Of a stretch of 64,000 bases of DNA, positions 11,796-25,100 are shown piece by piece. The position numbers were made by a program, and so were the translations under genes. Location of the stretch: assembly GCA_002269645.1 (NCBI GenBank), contig NIVC01001385.1:1-64000 (forward strand), in the 5' to 3' direction. How positions within the stretch are numbered: position 1 is the stretch's first letter; the number at the start of each line of letters is the position of its first letter. Source of the stretch: Macrostomum lignano. Lineage: Eukaryota. Below the pieces are notes generated by a model. It was given only the letters and a program-made list of their open reading frames with translations, was not told where the DNA came from and did no database searches.

Positions 11796-13974
11796 CAGTA
11801 GGAATACCAAGCCATTTTTCCGCCCGTCGAACTACCAAGGGGGGGGAAAATTTCCCCCCCCCTGACAAATTTTTTTGCTGCGCCGGAACGGAGCAACGCA
11901 GACACACAAAATTCAAGAACACGGGCTAACTTTTTGTTGCGCACCTTCTCAAACAAGAATCAAGTCGCCAGCCCTCCGGACCGTCGAGATATTCGACGAT
12001 TCTGCCAGAAGGTCGGATTTTTCCCATAAGCGCTAGTGTATTCAGTACACCCCTGTGCGCCAATCAGCACTGCGCCTCAGTGCAGCCTTGCCAAGTCTCC
12101 AAATTTCATCAGCACGTCGACCACATGTGTCTGCATCAGCTCTGACTTCGTTGGTCACTAGCCTTCACCCAGGCGGAGCTTCTGGACCTTCAACAGGTGG
12201 CACCAAGTGACTATGGACACTCTGATACGAATTTCTCGAGTTTCGCTGATCAAGCCTCGACAGTGGGCATACCTCAACTGCTAGGTATCCTCAGCTAGTC
12301 TCTCGAGCCTTCCATCATCACCCCGACGCCGTCGGCACCTTCAACGGATTACACCAGGTGACTATGAACACCCTGATGCAAATTTCTCTAGTTTCGCTGA
12401 TCAAGCCTTGCCAATGGGCAAGCCTCAACCGCGAAACATCTTCAGCTAGTCTCTCAAGCATTCAGTCATCACCCCGACGCCGTCGGCACCTTCAACAGAT
12501 GACACCAGGCGACTATGAACACCTTGATGCGAATTTCTCTAGTTTCGCTGATCAAGCCTCGACAGTGAGCAAGCCTCAACTTCTGGACACCCTCAGCTAA
12601 TCTCTCAAGCATTCAGTCATCACTCGGACGCCGTCGGCACCTTCAACAGATGACACCAGGCGACTATGAACACCTTGATGCGAACTTCTCGAGTTTCACC
12701 GATCAAGCCTCGACAGTAGGCAAGCCTCAACTGCCGGACACCCTCAGCTAGTCTCTCAAGCATTCCGTCATCATCCCGACGCCGTCGGCTCCTTCAACAG
12801 ATTACAACAGGTGACTATGAACATCCTATTGCAAATATGTCAGGTTTTTCTGATCAAGCTTCAATATTGGGCAAACCTCAACTGCTGGACATCCTCAGCT
12901 AGTCAGTCAAGCATTCCGTCATCACCCCGACGCCGTCGGCACCTTCAACAGGTGGCACCAGGGGAGTAATGACACGTGAGCGTGATTTTTCATCATGCTC
13001 TTAACGCCGACGGCGTCGGGATGATGACGGAATGCTTGAGAGACTAGCTGAGGGTGTCCGGCAGTTGAGGCTTGCCTACTGTCGAGGCTTGATCGGTGAA
13101 ACTCGAGAAGTTCGCATCAAGGTGTTCATAGTCGCCTGGTGTCATCTGTTGAAGGTGCCGACGGCGTCCGAGTGATGACTGAATGCTTGAGAGATTAGCT
13201 GAGGGTGTCCAGAAGTTGAGGCTTGCTCACTGTCGAGGCTTGATCAGCGAAACTAGAGAAATTCGCATCAAGGTGTTCATAGTCGCCTGGTGTCATCTGT
13301 TGAAGGTGCCGACGGCGTCGGGGTGATGACTGAATGCTTGAGAGACTAGCTGAAGATGTTTCGCGGTTGAGGCTTGCCCATTGGCAAGGCTTGATCAGCG
13401 AAACTAGAGAAATTTGCATCAGGGTGTTCATAGTCACCTGGTGTAATCCGTTGAAGGTGCCGACGGCGTCGGGGTGATGATGGAAGGCTCGAGAGACTAG
13501 CTGAGGATACCTAGCAGTTGAGGTATGCCCACTGTCGAGGCTTGATCAGCGAAACTCGAGAAATTCGTATCAGAGTGTCCATAGTCACTTGGTGCCACCT
13601 GTTGAAGGTCCAGAAGCTCCGCCTGGGTGAAGGCTAGTGACCAACGAAGTCAGAGCTGATGCAGACACATGTGGTCGACGTGCTGATGAAATTTGGAGAC
13701 TTGGCAAGGCTGCACTGAGGCGCAGTGCTGATTGGCGCACAGGGGTGTACTGAATACACTAGCGCTTATAAGAAAAAAAAGAGCTTCTGGCAGAATCGTC
13801 GAATATCTCGACGGTCCGGAGGGCTGGCGACTTGATTCTTGTTTGAGAAGGTGCGCAACAAAAAGTTAGCCCGTGTTCTTGAATTTTGTGTGTCTGCGTT
13901 GCTCCGTTCCGGCGCAGCAAAAAAATTTGTCAGGGGGGGGGGAAATTTTCCCCCCCCCCTTGGTAGTTCTACTG
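11796..13974. mobile_element. Foldback-like palindromic element with ~960-bp inverted arms (11829-12789 / 13006-13969) containing 151-bp tandem units
   Basis: Arms are reverse complements over nearly their full length; termini CAGTAG...CTACTG flanked by TTAA (11792-95, 13975-78); unit starts recur at 12324, 12475, 12626, 12777, 12928. Confidence 0.8.
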
Positions 13975-14504
13975 TTAATGCGCGAGAAATAGTCGTTTTT
14001 TCTTGCTTAAATGTCTATGGCCATTGTTCCACGAGGTTACCTCGTGAAGTCTATGACTCGTAAAGTCTTAATTATGAGGCAGCCTCATCATTAAACCAGT
14101 AAAGCGAGTTTTGTGTCCCTTCTATCTATGGTAATATATCCCTGAGGTCCCTGGTTTAACGCGCACAGCGTCCTCAAACTCAATCCCTTATCTTTTAAAT
14201 CTCGCACGACACTCAAATTAACCAGTTATTGCTTACGTCTTCTCTTTGTGATCTAATCCTGTGAAATATCCAAAAAGTCCAGCCGGGACCCGGCTAAAAT
14301 TTTCAAGGCAAGACATCTAAGCAAATGCTTTTTGTGCCCTTTAGTTATGACTTCTAAGATGTAAATTCTGCTTTGAGCAATTCCCATTTAAACCAAAGTA
14401 AAAACAGACTAAGACAGACAGACAGACCTTTACTGTGATTGAATTTTGCCCTCTAGATACTACAGCATTTAGACCTGCGTTTGACTTCTATAGCAAAATA
14501 CGCA

Positions 14505-15515
14505 GTTTAGGTTGCAACTGTAGGTTTTGATGGTACAGTTTAGGTTGCAACTGTAGGTTTTGATGGTACAGTTTAGGTTGCAACTGTAGGTTTTTGATGG
14601 TACAGTTTAGGTTGCAACTGTAGGTTTTTGATGGTACAGTTTAGGTTGCAACTGTAGGTTTTTGATGGTACAGTTTAGGTTGCAACTATAGGTTTTTATG
14701 GTACAGTTTAGGTTGCAACTGTAGGTTTTTGATGGTACAGTTTAGGTTGCAACTGTAGGTTTTTGATGGTACAGTTTAGGTTGCAACTGTAGGTTTTTGA
14801 TGGTACAGTTTAGGTTGCAACTGTAGGTTTTTGATGGTACAGTTTAGGTTGCAACTGTAGGTTTTTATGGTGCAGTTTAGGTTGCAACTGTAGGTTTTTG
14901 ATGGTACAGTTTAGGTTGCAACTGTAGGTTTTTATGGTGCAGTTTAGGTTGCAACTGTAGGTTTTTGATGGTACAGTTTAGGTTGCAACTGTAGGTTTTT
15001 ATGGTACAGTTTAGGTTGCAACTGTAGGTTTTTATGGTACAGTTTAGGTTGCAACTGTAGGTTTTTATGGTACAGTTTAGGTTGCAACTGTAGGTTTTTG
15101 ATGGTACAGTTTAGGTTGCAACTGTAGGTTTTTATGGTACAGTTTAGGTTGCAACTGTAGGTTTTGATGGTACAGTTTAGGTTGCAACTGTAGGTTTTGA
15201 TGGTACAGTTTAGGTTGCAACTGTAGGTTTTTGATGGTACAGTTTAGGTTGCAACTGTAGGTTTTTATGGTACAGTTTAGGTTGCAACTGTAGGTTTTTA
15301 TGGTGCAGTTTAGGTTGCAACTGTAGGTTTTTATGGTGCAGTTTAGGTTGCAACTCTAGGTTTTTGATGGTACAGTTTAGGTTGCAACTCTAGGTTTTTA
15401 TGGTACAGTTTAGGTTGCAACTCTAGGTTTTTGATGGTACAGTTTAGGTTGCAACTCTAGGTTTTTGATGGTACAGTTTAGGTTGCAACTGTAGGTTTGG
15501 CTGGTACAGTTTAGG
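14505..15515. repeat. Minisatellite, 33-34-bp unit (gtttaggttgcaactgtaggtttttgatggtaca)
   Basis: ~30 homogeneous tandem copies. Confidence 0.97.
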
Positions 15516-16367
15516 TTACAGCGGTAGAATTTCGCTTTGTTTGATCAGTATCTCGATATATTAGTTTAGTTTTACAAGGAAACTTAGTCTTTTTACCTTA
15601 TAGGAGTCTGGACACTGTCCAACTGCCAGATAACTTGCGAAGTAATAGGAAAATAGTAATAGGAAAAGTATCTGGGATTCATAATTACTATACGTTTTAT
15701 GCTTGTAATTTTGGTTTTAATTTATTTTAATATTTACCTCTGGCAGCCCGTCTCTAAAATATATCAAGCGCACCCTGGAAGCATAGCTCTAATACAGTTG
15801 TTTTGTTAATTTATCAACAACATCACCTCTTTCGTTTGAGAGTGGTAAGATATCATGAAGTCTTTATTTTCATCATTAATCCCATCTAAAGATAGCCCCT
15901 TTGTGGAGCATGATCAGTGAGGGATTTTCTTTACCTTTTCAGGTCTAAACAACAAATTTTTAGCGTTAGTTCTGATCCTCTCAGCCTCCACGTGGGCGGA
16001 TGGACTGTCAGCTGCTGGGATAGGAAGGATTCTATAATGAGTATTAAATTCCCATTATTAATGAGTTGACGTTGCGCCTTTCGTGATATGTGTGACGATC
16101 AAGTCTTAATAATTCAGAGGCCCTCTGGACAAATGCAAGCTATTGCTAATCAATTATTTTGTTTTAATTAGACTTCCAGTTTAGTCCAGTTTATTAGCTA
16201 GACTATACTACTTGACAACATTAAAGCTCTCCTAGTGGCACACCTGAATCAAATAGATTAAAATTTTCTGCAAGTAATTTTTCGACACCCTACAGAGTGA
16301 GGCCAGGCAGTTGGCAGCCACAACATAGCTGGGGTCGACAGGTACAGAAGTGACGAATGGTTGAGAA

Positions 16368-16797
16368 TCGATCTGTGAAGGGGTGGGAATCGAGTGGTGA
16401 AGGGGTGAGAATCGATCTGTGAAGGGATGAGAATCGATCTGTGAAGGGGTGAGAATCGATCTGTGAAGGGGTGAGAATTGATCTGTGAAGGGGTGAGAAT
16501 TGATCTGTGAAGGGGTGAGAATCGATCTGTGAAGGGGTGAGAATCGATCTGTGAAGGGGTGAGAATCGATCTGTGAAGGGGTGAGAATCGATCTGTGAAG
16601 GTGTGAGAATCGAGCGGTGAAGGGATGAGAATCGATCTGTGAAGGGATGAGAATCGATCTGTGAAGGGGTGAGAATCGAGCGGTGAAGGGGTGAGAATCG
16701 ATCTGTGAAGGGGTGAGAATCGATCTGTGAAGGGGTGAGAATCGAGCGGTGAAGGGGTGAGAATCGATCTGTGAAGGGGTGAGAATCGATCTGTGAA
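16368..16797. repeat. Minisatellite, 22-bp unit (gagaatcgatctgtgaaggggt)
   Basis: ~19 copies; shares the core GAGAATCGAT with the reverse complement of the 1-440 array. Confidence 0.95.
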
Positions 16798-17376
16798 AAT
16801 AATAATAATGAATCCGTTCCGAATCTAATGAGAGTCGTTAGTCATACCGTAATGCATTACTTAAAGTAACTATATAATTAAATAATTTTAAACTCGCAAT
16901 CTAACTTTAGAATGAGTAATGATGAGTCATATCTATTTTTAGAATGAGTCATGTGCAAACAGAAGTGACTCAGAGCCCTACGTAAGTCCAACGTTTATTT
17001 GATCAAGAAACCGGTTCTCGGGAGTTTTATTTGCTTAATTCCATATATGGTAATGATACAACGCGACCTAAGTAAATAATTGGTTTTTAAACCTGTTTTT
17101 CACCAAAATTTTACTATAAATATAAGCGAAAATCCGAGTCAAAAATTCATACTCGGAGCGGTCTCAAGGAAGACTTTGGAATACGTTAACAAAGAAGACT
17201 CATCTCTGAGAGAAGAAATCCGGATAGATTGGTAAGCGTTACCCGATTTAGTTCTTTACTATAGCACTAATCAGTTGATTGAGTTTAGGAGAGCCACTTA
17301 TCGTTGACACATTTGAGAAAGGCCTCCTTGTTTCCTAGGAAACATTCCTAGAGGATTTATTGAGTTGATTTGAGTT

Positions 17377-17423
17377 ATCCGCTACGTTTCGGACGTAACG
17401 AAGAAGACGCCCTTCAGGAGGAC
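17377..17423 (-). ncRNA. Degenerate minimal type I hammerhead ribozyme motif (Penelope-like element remnant)
   Basis: Minus strand gtcctc-CTGAA-gggcgt-cttcttcgtt-acgtcc-GAAACGTA-gcggat; stems I and II pair; the core lacks GA of CUGANGA. Confidence 0.5.
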
Positions 17424-17450
17424 CTACTACAGAGATTTAAAGAATTCAAT

Positions 17451-17777
17451 TGTTCATAAGGGCGCACGTTCTATTGTGAATTCCGAGCTCGAGGACCGTC
17501 AAGAATTCTGATTCGCTCTCGTTTTGGTCGACCCACAGATACGTGAAGTTAAGGACCCCAAGAAACGACAGCTGTTCACCGGAACCGGCCGCCGCCACCG
17601 CTCAGCCAAGTCAGACAGCGCTGCACACTAAAAGACCCAGACGTCCACAAACTACAAGAGGAGCCGCTCCAGTTAGAGTTATTCGATTTTGTACATACCT
17701 AGGCACTTGTTCCCCAGTGTCTAGAAGTGGGAGTTACTGAGTGACTGATCACCACTCAATAAACTCTTCAGATAACA
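17451..17777 (+). mobile_element. Possible solo LTR or LTR remnant
   Basis: TGTT...AACA ends and AATAAA 20 nt before the end; no matching TSD found. Confidence 0.3.
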
Positions 17778-18584
17778 TTACTCTAAAAATAACAAAGGTG
17801 TAGAAAATACAGTTTGAATTCCAGCATATTAGAATTGCACAACCAAGTCACCTTAAGGCTCCCTGTGCAGTACAAATAATTTATTCGCAAATTTGGTTAG
17901 GATTATAAGTGGAACACGAAATATTGTATGAAAACGCAAACAGCTCTACTTGTACGATTTCAAGTAGTGCAGTTTGAATGTTTGATTAATTAATAACAAT
18001 GATAATTCGCATTACTGATCGAATACAGGCGGCAGCTAATGATAATGGAGAAAATTACACAGAAGTAGGAAGGTTACAGAGCATGATGATGATGACGTCA
18101 TAGTTATTAGTATTTCCTAGAATCAACCAATTAGGTTCGCACAACAAACTGATTGATTGCAGGTTAAGTATATGCATAAACATAAATAGGTAAACGCAAG
18201 GCTATTACAAAGTTAATTATTAATAAGATATCATTTTGCTGCCAAAGAGAATAACAAACTTAATAGCAGTATGCATACGCTCAAGCATTACTTATAGTAC
18301 TATGGCTAACAATTTAAGCAGATGACTAAGTCTTCATACAGGATGACTATAACTGATCCGATGCAGTAAACGCGGCTATAGGACCTTAAGGGCGTTAAAC
18401 TGGCATTAGAATGGTCAATAATATTAAACACAAAACAAATTGCTCATAGCCATCAATATGACTAATTGCTCATTGCCGTCAAGATGAGTAATTGTCTATC
18501 AATAGCTTTTCAGCTCCAGGTGACTAATTGTTCCAACCGAAATGAATAATAGAACAAACTGGGATAACTAATTGATCACTCTTA

Positions 18585-19132
18585 AATGACCAATTGGTCA
18601 CACATATAACAGATGACCAATTGGTCACACATATAACAGATGACCAATTGGTCACACACAGAACAGATGGCCAATTGGTCACACACAGAACAGATGACCA
18701 ATTGGTCACACATATAACAGATGGCCAATTGGTCACACACAGAACAGATGGCCAATTGGTCACACACAGAACAGATGACCAATTGGTCACACACAGAACA
18801 GATGGCCAATTGGTCACACACAGAACAGATGGCCAATTGGTCACACACAGAACAGATGGCCAATTGGTCACACACAGAACAGATGGCCAATTGGTCACAC
18901 ACATAACAGATGACCAATTGGTCACACATAGAACAGATGACTAATTGGTCACACACAGAACAGATGACTAATTGGTCACACTCAGATGACTAATTGGTCA
19001 CACTCAGATGACTAATTGGTCACACTCAGATGACTTATTGGTCACACTCAGATGACTAATTGGTCATACTCAGATGACTAATTGGTCACACTCAGATGAC
19101 TAATTGGTCATACTCAGATGACTAATTGGTCA
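18585..19132. repeat. 27-bp then 22-bp minisatellite with palindromic core TGACCAATTGGTCA, just past the RFX stop codon
   Basis: Tandem copies of cagatgaccaattggtcacacacagaa, then of a shorter variant. Confidence 0.95.
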
Positions 19133-19179
19133 CAGTTAGGGCGGTCAACAGTCCTGGGCTATCAGTTCGATCCCTGAAT

Positions 19180-22100
19180 TCATAGAAGCTTCGGCCTCTT
19201 CGCCGAGTCGGCCGAGCCAAGCATCGGCGCGGAGCTGCTGTTACCGCTCGGCGGGATGGCGATCCGACCAGTGGGCGTCGAGAAAGTCGACGATGACGAC
19301 GACGGAGGCGCGGGTCCGGGCTGCAGCGACACGGTGATGCGAGGCTGCGTGCTGGCTGCTCCGACAATCGTGGACGACACCGACGCCAGAGGCGCCGCAG
19401 AGGACGAAGCGACGGAAGGGGCAGCAGAGACCACTCCGGCTGACGCGGCCGAGCTGCTGACTGCAACGCCGGCAGTTTTAATGCGAATCGCTGGCGGCTC
19501 TTCAGCGGCTTCGGCGGCCGCGGCAGCAGCGGCAGCAGCTGCGACAGGGTCAGAAGAAGTTGACGTCGTACTGCCGGCAGCGGCGGCCTCGAATCCGCGA
19601 GTGTCCGGCAGCTCGGCCGGGTCCAATCGAAATTCGGCCATGACGGCCAGGGGACTCAGGGCCAGGTAGTCGGCCACCCGGTGCTCAACCAGGTAGAACA
19701 GGTATTCATCGTGCAGCAGGCGGAGCAGGTGGAAGCTGCCGAAGCTGGCCGCCGAGCGCAGCGTCAGGTCCCGGATGACTAGGGAGGCGTACAGGCTCCA
19801 CTTGAGCAGCAGGTGCCTGGCCGCCCGGGCCAGCAGCTCCGTGTCTTCGTGAGGCGCCAGCGCGGAGGTCACGGCGGACTCGAGCCAGTCGGCCCACTGC
19901 TCCAGCGAGCTGCCGTCGCGAAGCAGGCGCTTGAAGTCCGTCTGCAGCTGGTCGACAGCGGCGCCGCTGCACCCGCTGACCCAGCCGGCCTGCTCGTGCA
20001 CCGTGGTCAGGTCCACCCGGCTCAGGTCAGTCAGCATCTGGGACACCTGCAGGCAGAGTGCAGTGGGAGAACAGGCTGGTTGCTATTGGGTCATCTCGCA
20101 AACGATAACGGATAATCCTCCCCCGATAAGAATAATCATCTATCCGATAGGGACAATCCTCCATCTGATAAGGATAATCCTCCATTCGATAGGGATAATC
20201 CTTCACCCGATAGGGATAATCTTCCATCCGATAGGGATAATCCTCCATCCGATAGGGATAATCTTTTATCCGATAGGGATAATCCTCCATCCGATAGGGA
20301 TAATCTTTTATCCGATAGGGATAATCCTCCATCCGATAGGGATAATCTTTTATCCGATAGGGATAATCCTCTACCCGTTACCTCCATCCGATAGGGATAA
20401 TCCTCTACCCGTTACCTCCATCCGATAGGGATAATCCTTCACCCGATAGGGATAATCTTCCATCCGATAGGGATAATCCTCCATCCGATAGGGATAATCT
20501 TTTATCCGATAGGGTTAATCCTCTACCCGTTACCTCCATCCGATAGGGATAATCCTTCACCCGATAGGGATAATCTTCCATCCGATAGGGATAATCCTTC
20601 ACCCGATAGGGATAATCTTCCATCCGATAGGGATAATCCTTTATCCGATAGGGAGAATCCTCTATCCGATAGGGATAATCCTTTATCCGATAGGGATAAT
20701 CCTCTATCCGATAGGGATAATCCTTTATCCGATAGGAATAATCCTCTACCCGTTAGGAATAATCCTCTACCCGTTAGGAATAATCCTCCACCCGATAGGG
20801 ATAATGTTTCAATAACAAGATAGACAAAGGCATCAATACTTGCAACACACCTGAGCGGCATTGCCCAGCACAGCCCTGGCAGCCTGGGCCAAATGATTCA
20901 AGCTGGTGTACCGTCGCAAAGTCTGGGCCAGAGCGGCCAGAGCCCGGAGGCGGAGCTCGGCCATGGGCCGACACACCTGGGTCATGGCGGCCCGCATCCA
21001 GGGCTCCAGCTGTTTGGCAAAATTTCTGATCGCCTGAGTCAGCGAGCTGGGAATAGGCCTGAGCACGTTGGGGATGAGCACCTCTACTAGGCTCTGGTAG
21101 AAGGCGTAGTCAGACTCGCGCACAAAGTCCTGAACGCTCGGCAGCTCGCACAGGCTTAGTAGCTTTGATTTGGGCAGCTTGGACTCAGCGGAACTGCGGA
21201 ACCGGTTAGCGGATAGATCACGTATAGATACAGTGGGTAGATCACGGATAGTCGGGATAGATACAGTGGATAGATCACGGATAGATACAGTGGGTAGATC
21301 ACGTATAGATACAGTGGGTAGATCACGGATAGATATAGTAAATAGATCACGGATAGATATAGAAGGTAGATCACGGATAGATTTAGAAGGTAGATCACGG
21401 ATAGATATAGTGGGTAGATCACGGATAGATATAGAAGGTAGATCACGGATAGATACAGTGGATAGATCACGGATAGATATAGTGGGTAAATCACGGATAG
21501 ATACAGTGGATAGATCACGGATAGATATAGTGGGTAAATCACGGATAGATACAGTGGATAGATCACGGATAGATATAGTGGATAGATCACGGATAGATAT
21601 AGTGGGTAGATCACGTATAGATACAGCGGGTAGATGACGTATAGATATAGTGGATAGATCACGGATAGATATAGTGGATGGATCACGGATAGATAGTGGA
21701 TAGATCACGGATAGATATAGTGGATAGATCACGGATAGATATGGTGGATAGATCAGATCACGGATAGATATAGTGGAGAGATCACGGATAGATATAGTGG
21801 ATAGATCACGGATAGATATAGTCGGTAGATCACGGATAAATATGGTGGATAGATCACGGATAGATATAGTCGGTAGATCACGGATAGATCACGGATAGAT
21901 ATAGTGGGTAGATCACGGATAGAATATTTGAAAGATCAATTGAGTAGATCATACATCAAGTAGATAGATTCATTGCATAGCCTTCAATACACGCAGAAGC
22001 CACTCTTGACATACTACTACTAACTTAGTTAAAAGCATCAACGAACCTATTCTCAGCCTTCCTCCAGAACTCCATCCAGACTGTTTCAACTTGTTGAAAC

Positions 22101-25100
22101 TGCAGGTTGACCACCGAGTCAAGCACGCTCTCGCACTGCTCCGTGTACAGATCTTGGAAAGCTTCTAGATCCTCGGCTGTAACGCCTGATGGCAGGCTGT
22201 CACCGTCGACTACCAGGATGTCGTTGAACACCGGCAGAGCAGAGCTGGCATCGCCAAGGAACTGGGTGTGCTGCGACGCCTCTGGGTCAACGGATGCGGC
22301 CGAGGTCGCCCCTGCCGACGATTCAGCGGAAGCAGCAGAGTGGGCGGCGGCGGCGGCGGGACCTCTGGCTGCCGAGGCAGACTGCACAGCCATGGAGGTT
22401 GCTGAGCCGCCGCCAGAGAATCCGGACTGATCTTGGCGCATTAGTCTGAAAAATTACAATTTGCACATTTCTATTTAATCACACAACTTATAGTAGAAAA
22501 ATAAGGCTTCTTAAGAATAAAACACGACGACTCACTTTTCTCGCTGGGCCAACCGAAGCTGGCGGAATACGCTGCTCTCTTCCGAGCCTGACTGGCTCAG
22601 GGTTGACCCCGGCTTAATCCGAATGCCGTAGTAGTGATACTTGGAGTTTCCCCTGCGGGTGGTGCGGCATTGGGATGTTAGACCCGAGCCTGAGCACACC
22701 GGATCCCAATCATGAGCACACCGAATCACAATCATGAGCACACCTAATCCCAATTATGAGCACACCGGATCCCAATCATGAGCACACCGAATCCCAATCA
22801 TGAGCACACCGAATCCCAATCATGAGCACACCGAATCCCAATCATGAGCACACCTAATCCCAATCATGAGCACACCGGATCCCAATCATGAGCACACCTA
22901 ATCCCAATCATGAGCACACCGGATCCCAATCATGAGCACAGCACACCGGATCCCAATCATGAGCACACCTAATCCCAATCATGATCATGAGCACACCTAA
23001 TCCCAATCATGATCATGAGCACACCTAATCCCAATCATGAGCACACCGAATCCCAATCATGAGCACACCGAATCCCAATCATGAGCACAGCACACCGAAT
23101 CCCAATCATGAGCACACCGAATCCCAATCATGAGCACAGCACACCGAATCCCAATCATGAGCACACCGAATCCCAATCATGAGCACACCTAATCCCAATC
23201 ATGAGCACACCGGATCCCAATCATGAGCACACCGGATCCCAATCATGAGCACACCGAATCCCAATCATGAGCACACCGAATCCCAATCATGAGCACACCG
23301 GATCCCAATCATGAGCACACCGGATCCCAATCATGAGCACACCTAATCCCAATCATGAGCACACCTAATCCCAATCATGAGCACACCGGATCCCAATCAT
23401 GAGCACAGCACACCGGATCCCAATCATGAGCACACCTAATCCCAATCATGATCATGAGCACACCTAATCCCAATCATGATCATGAGCACACCTAATCCCA
23501 ATCATGAGCACACCGAATCCCAATCATGAGCACACCGAATCCCAATCATGAGCACAGCACACCGAATCCCAATCATGAGCACACCGAATCCCAATCATGA
23601 GCACACCGAATCCCAATCATGAGCACACCGGATCCCAATCATGAGCACACCGGATCCCAATCATGAGCACACCGGATCCCAATCATGAGCACACCTAATC
23701 CCAATCATGATCATGAGCACACCTAATCCCAATCATGAGCACACCGAATCCCAATCATGAGCACACCGAATCCCAATCATGAGCACAGCACACCGAATCC
23801 CAATCATGAGCACACCGAATCCCAATCATGAGCACACCTAATCCCAATCATGAGCACACCTAATCCCAATCATGAGCACACCGGATCCCAATCATGAGCA
23901 CCCGAATCCCAATCATGAGCACACCGAATCCCAATCATGAGCACACCGGATCCCAATCATGAGCACACCGGATCCCAATCATGAGCACACCTAATCCCAA
24001 TCATGAGCACACCGGATCCCAATCATGAGCACACCGGATCCCAATCATGAGCACCCGAATCCCAATCATGAGCACACCGAATCCCAATCATGAGCACACC
24101 GAATCCCAATCATGAGCACAGCACACCGAATCCCAATCATGAGCACACCGAATCCCAATCATGAGCACACCTAATCCCAATCATGAGCACACCGGATCCC
24201 AATCATGAGCACACCGGATCCCAATCATGAGCACACCGAATCCCAATCATGAGCACACCGAATCCCAATCATGAGCACACCGGATCCCAATCATGAGCAC
24301 ACCGGATCCCAATCATGAGCACACCTAATCCCAATCATGAGCACACCGGATCCCAATCATGAGCACAGCACACCGGATCCCAATCATGAGCACACCTAAT
24401 CCCAATCATGATCATGAGCACACCTAATCCCAATCATGAGCACACCGAATCCAATCATGAGCACACCGAATCCCAATCATGAGCACAGCACACCGAATCC
24501 CAATCATGAGCACACCGAATCCCAATCATGAGCACACCGGATCCCAATCATGAGCACACCGGATCCCAATCATGAGCACACCTAATCCCAATCATGATCA
24601 TGAGCACACCTAATCCCAATCATGAGCACACCGAATCCCAATCATGAGCACACCGGATCCCAATCATGAGCACACCGAATCTCAATCATGAGCACACCGG
24701 ATCCCAATCATGAGCACACCGAATCCCAATCATGAGCACACCGGATCCCAATCATGAGCACACCGGATCCCAATCATGAGCACACCTAATCCCAATCATG
24801 AGCACACCGGATCCCAATCATGAGCACAGCACACCGGATCCCAATCATGAGCACACCTAATCCCAATCATGATCATGAGCACACCTAATCCCAATCATGA
24901 GCACACCGAATCCCAATCATGAGCACACCGAATCCCAATCATGAGCACAGCACACCGAATCCCAATCATGAGCACACCGAATCCCAATCATGAGCACACT
25001 GAATCCCAATCATGAGCACACCTAATCCCAATCATGAGCACACCGAATCCCAATCATGAGCACACCGAATCCCAACCATGAGCACACCGAATGCCAATCA

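Noticed and set aside
12358-13437. Two identical 80-aa ORFs on opposite strands as genes
   Set aside because: A consequence of the palindrome; the 151-bp unit shifts frame every copy.
15943-16040. Short signal-peptide-like frame GLNNKFLALVLILSASTWADG after an acceptor-like site
   Set aside because: About 31 codons, no ATG or upstream donor identified.
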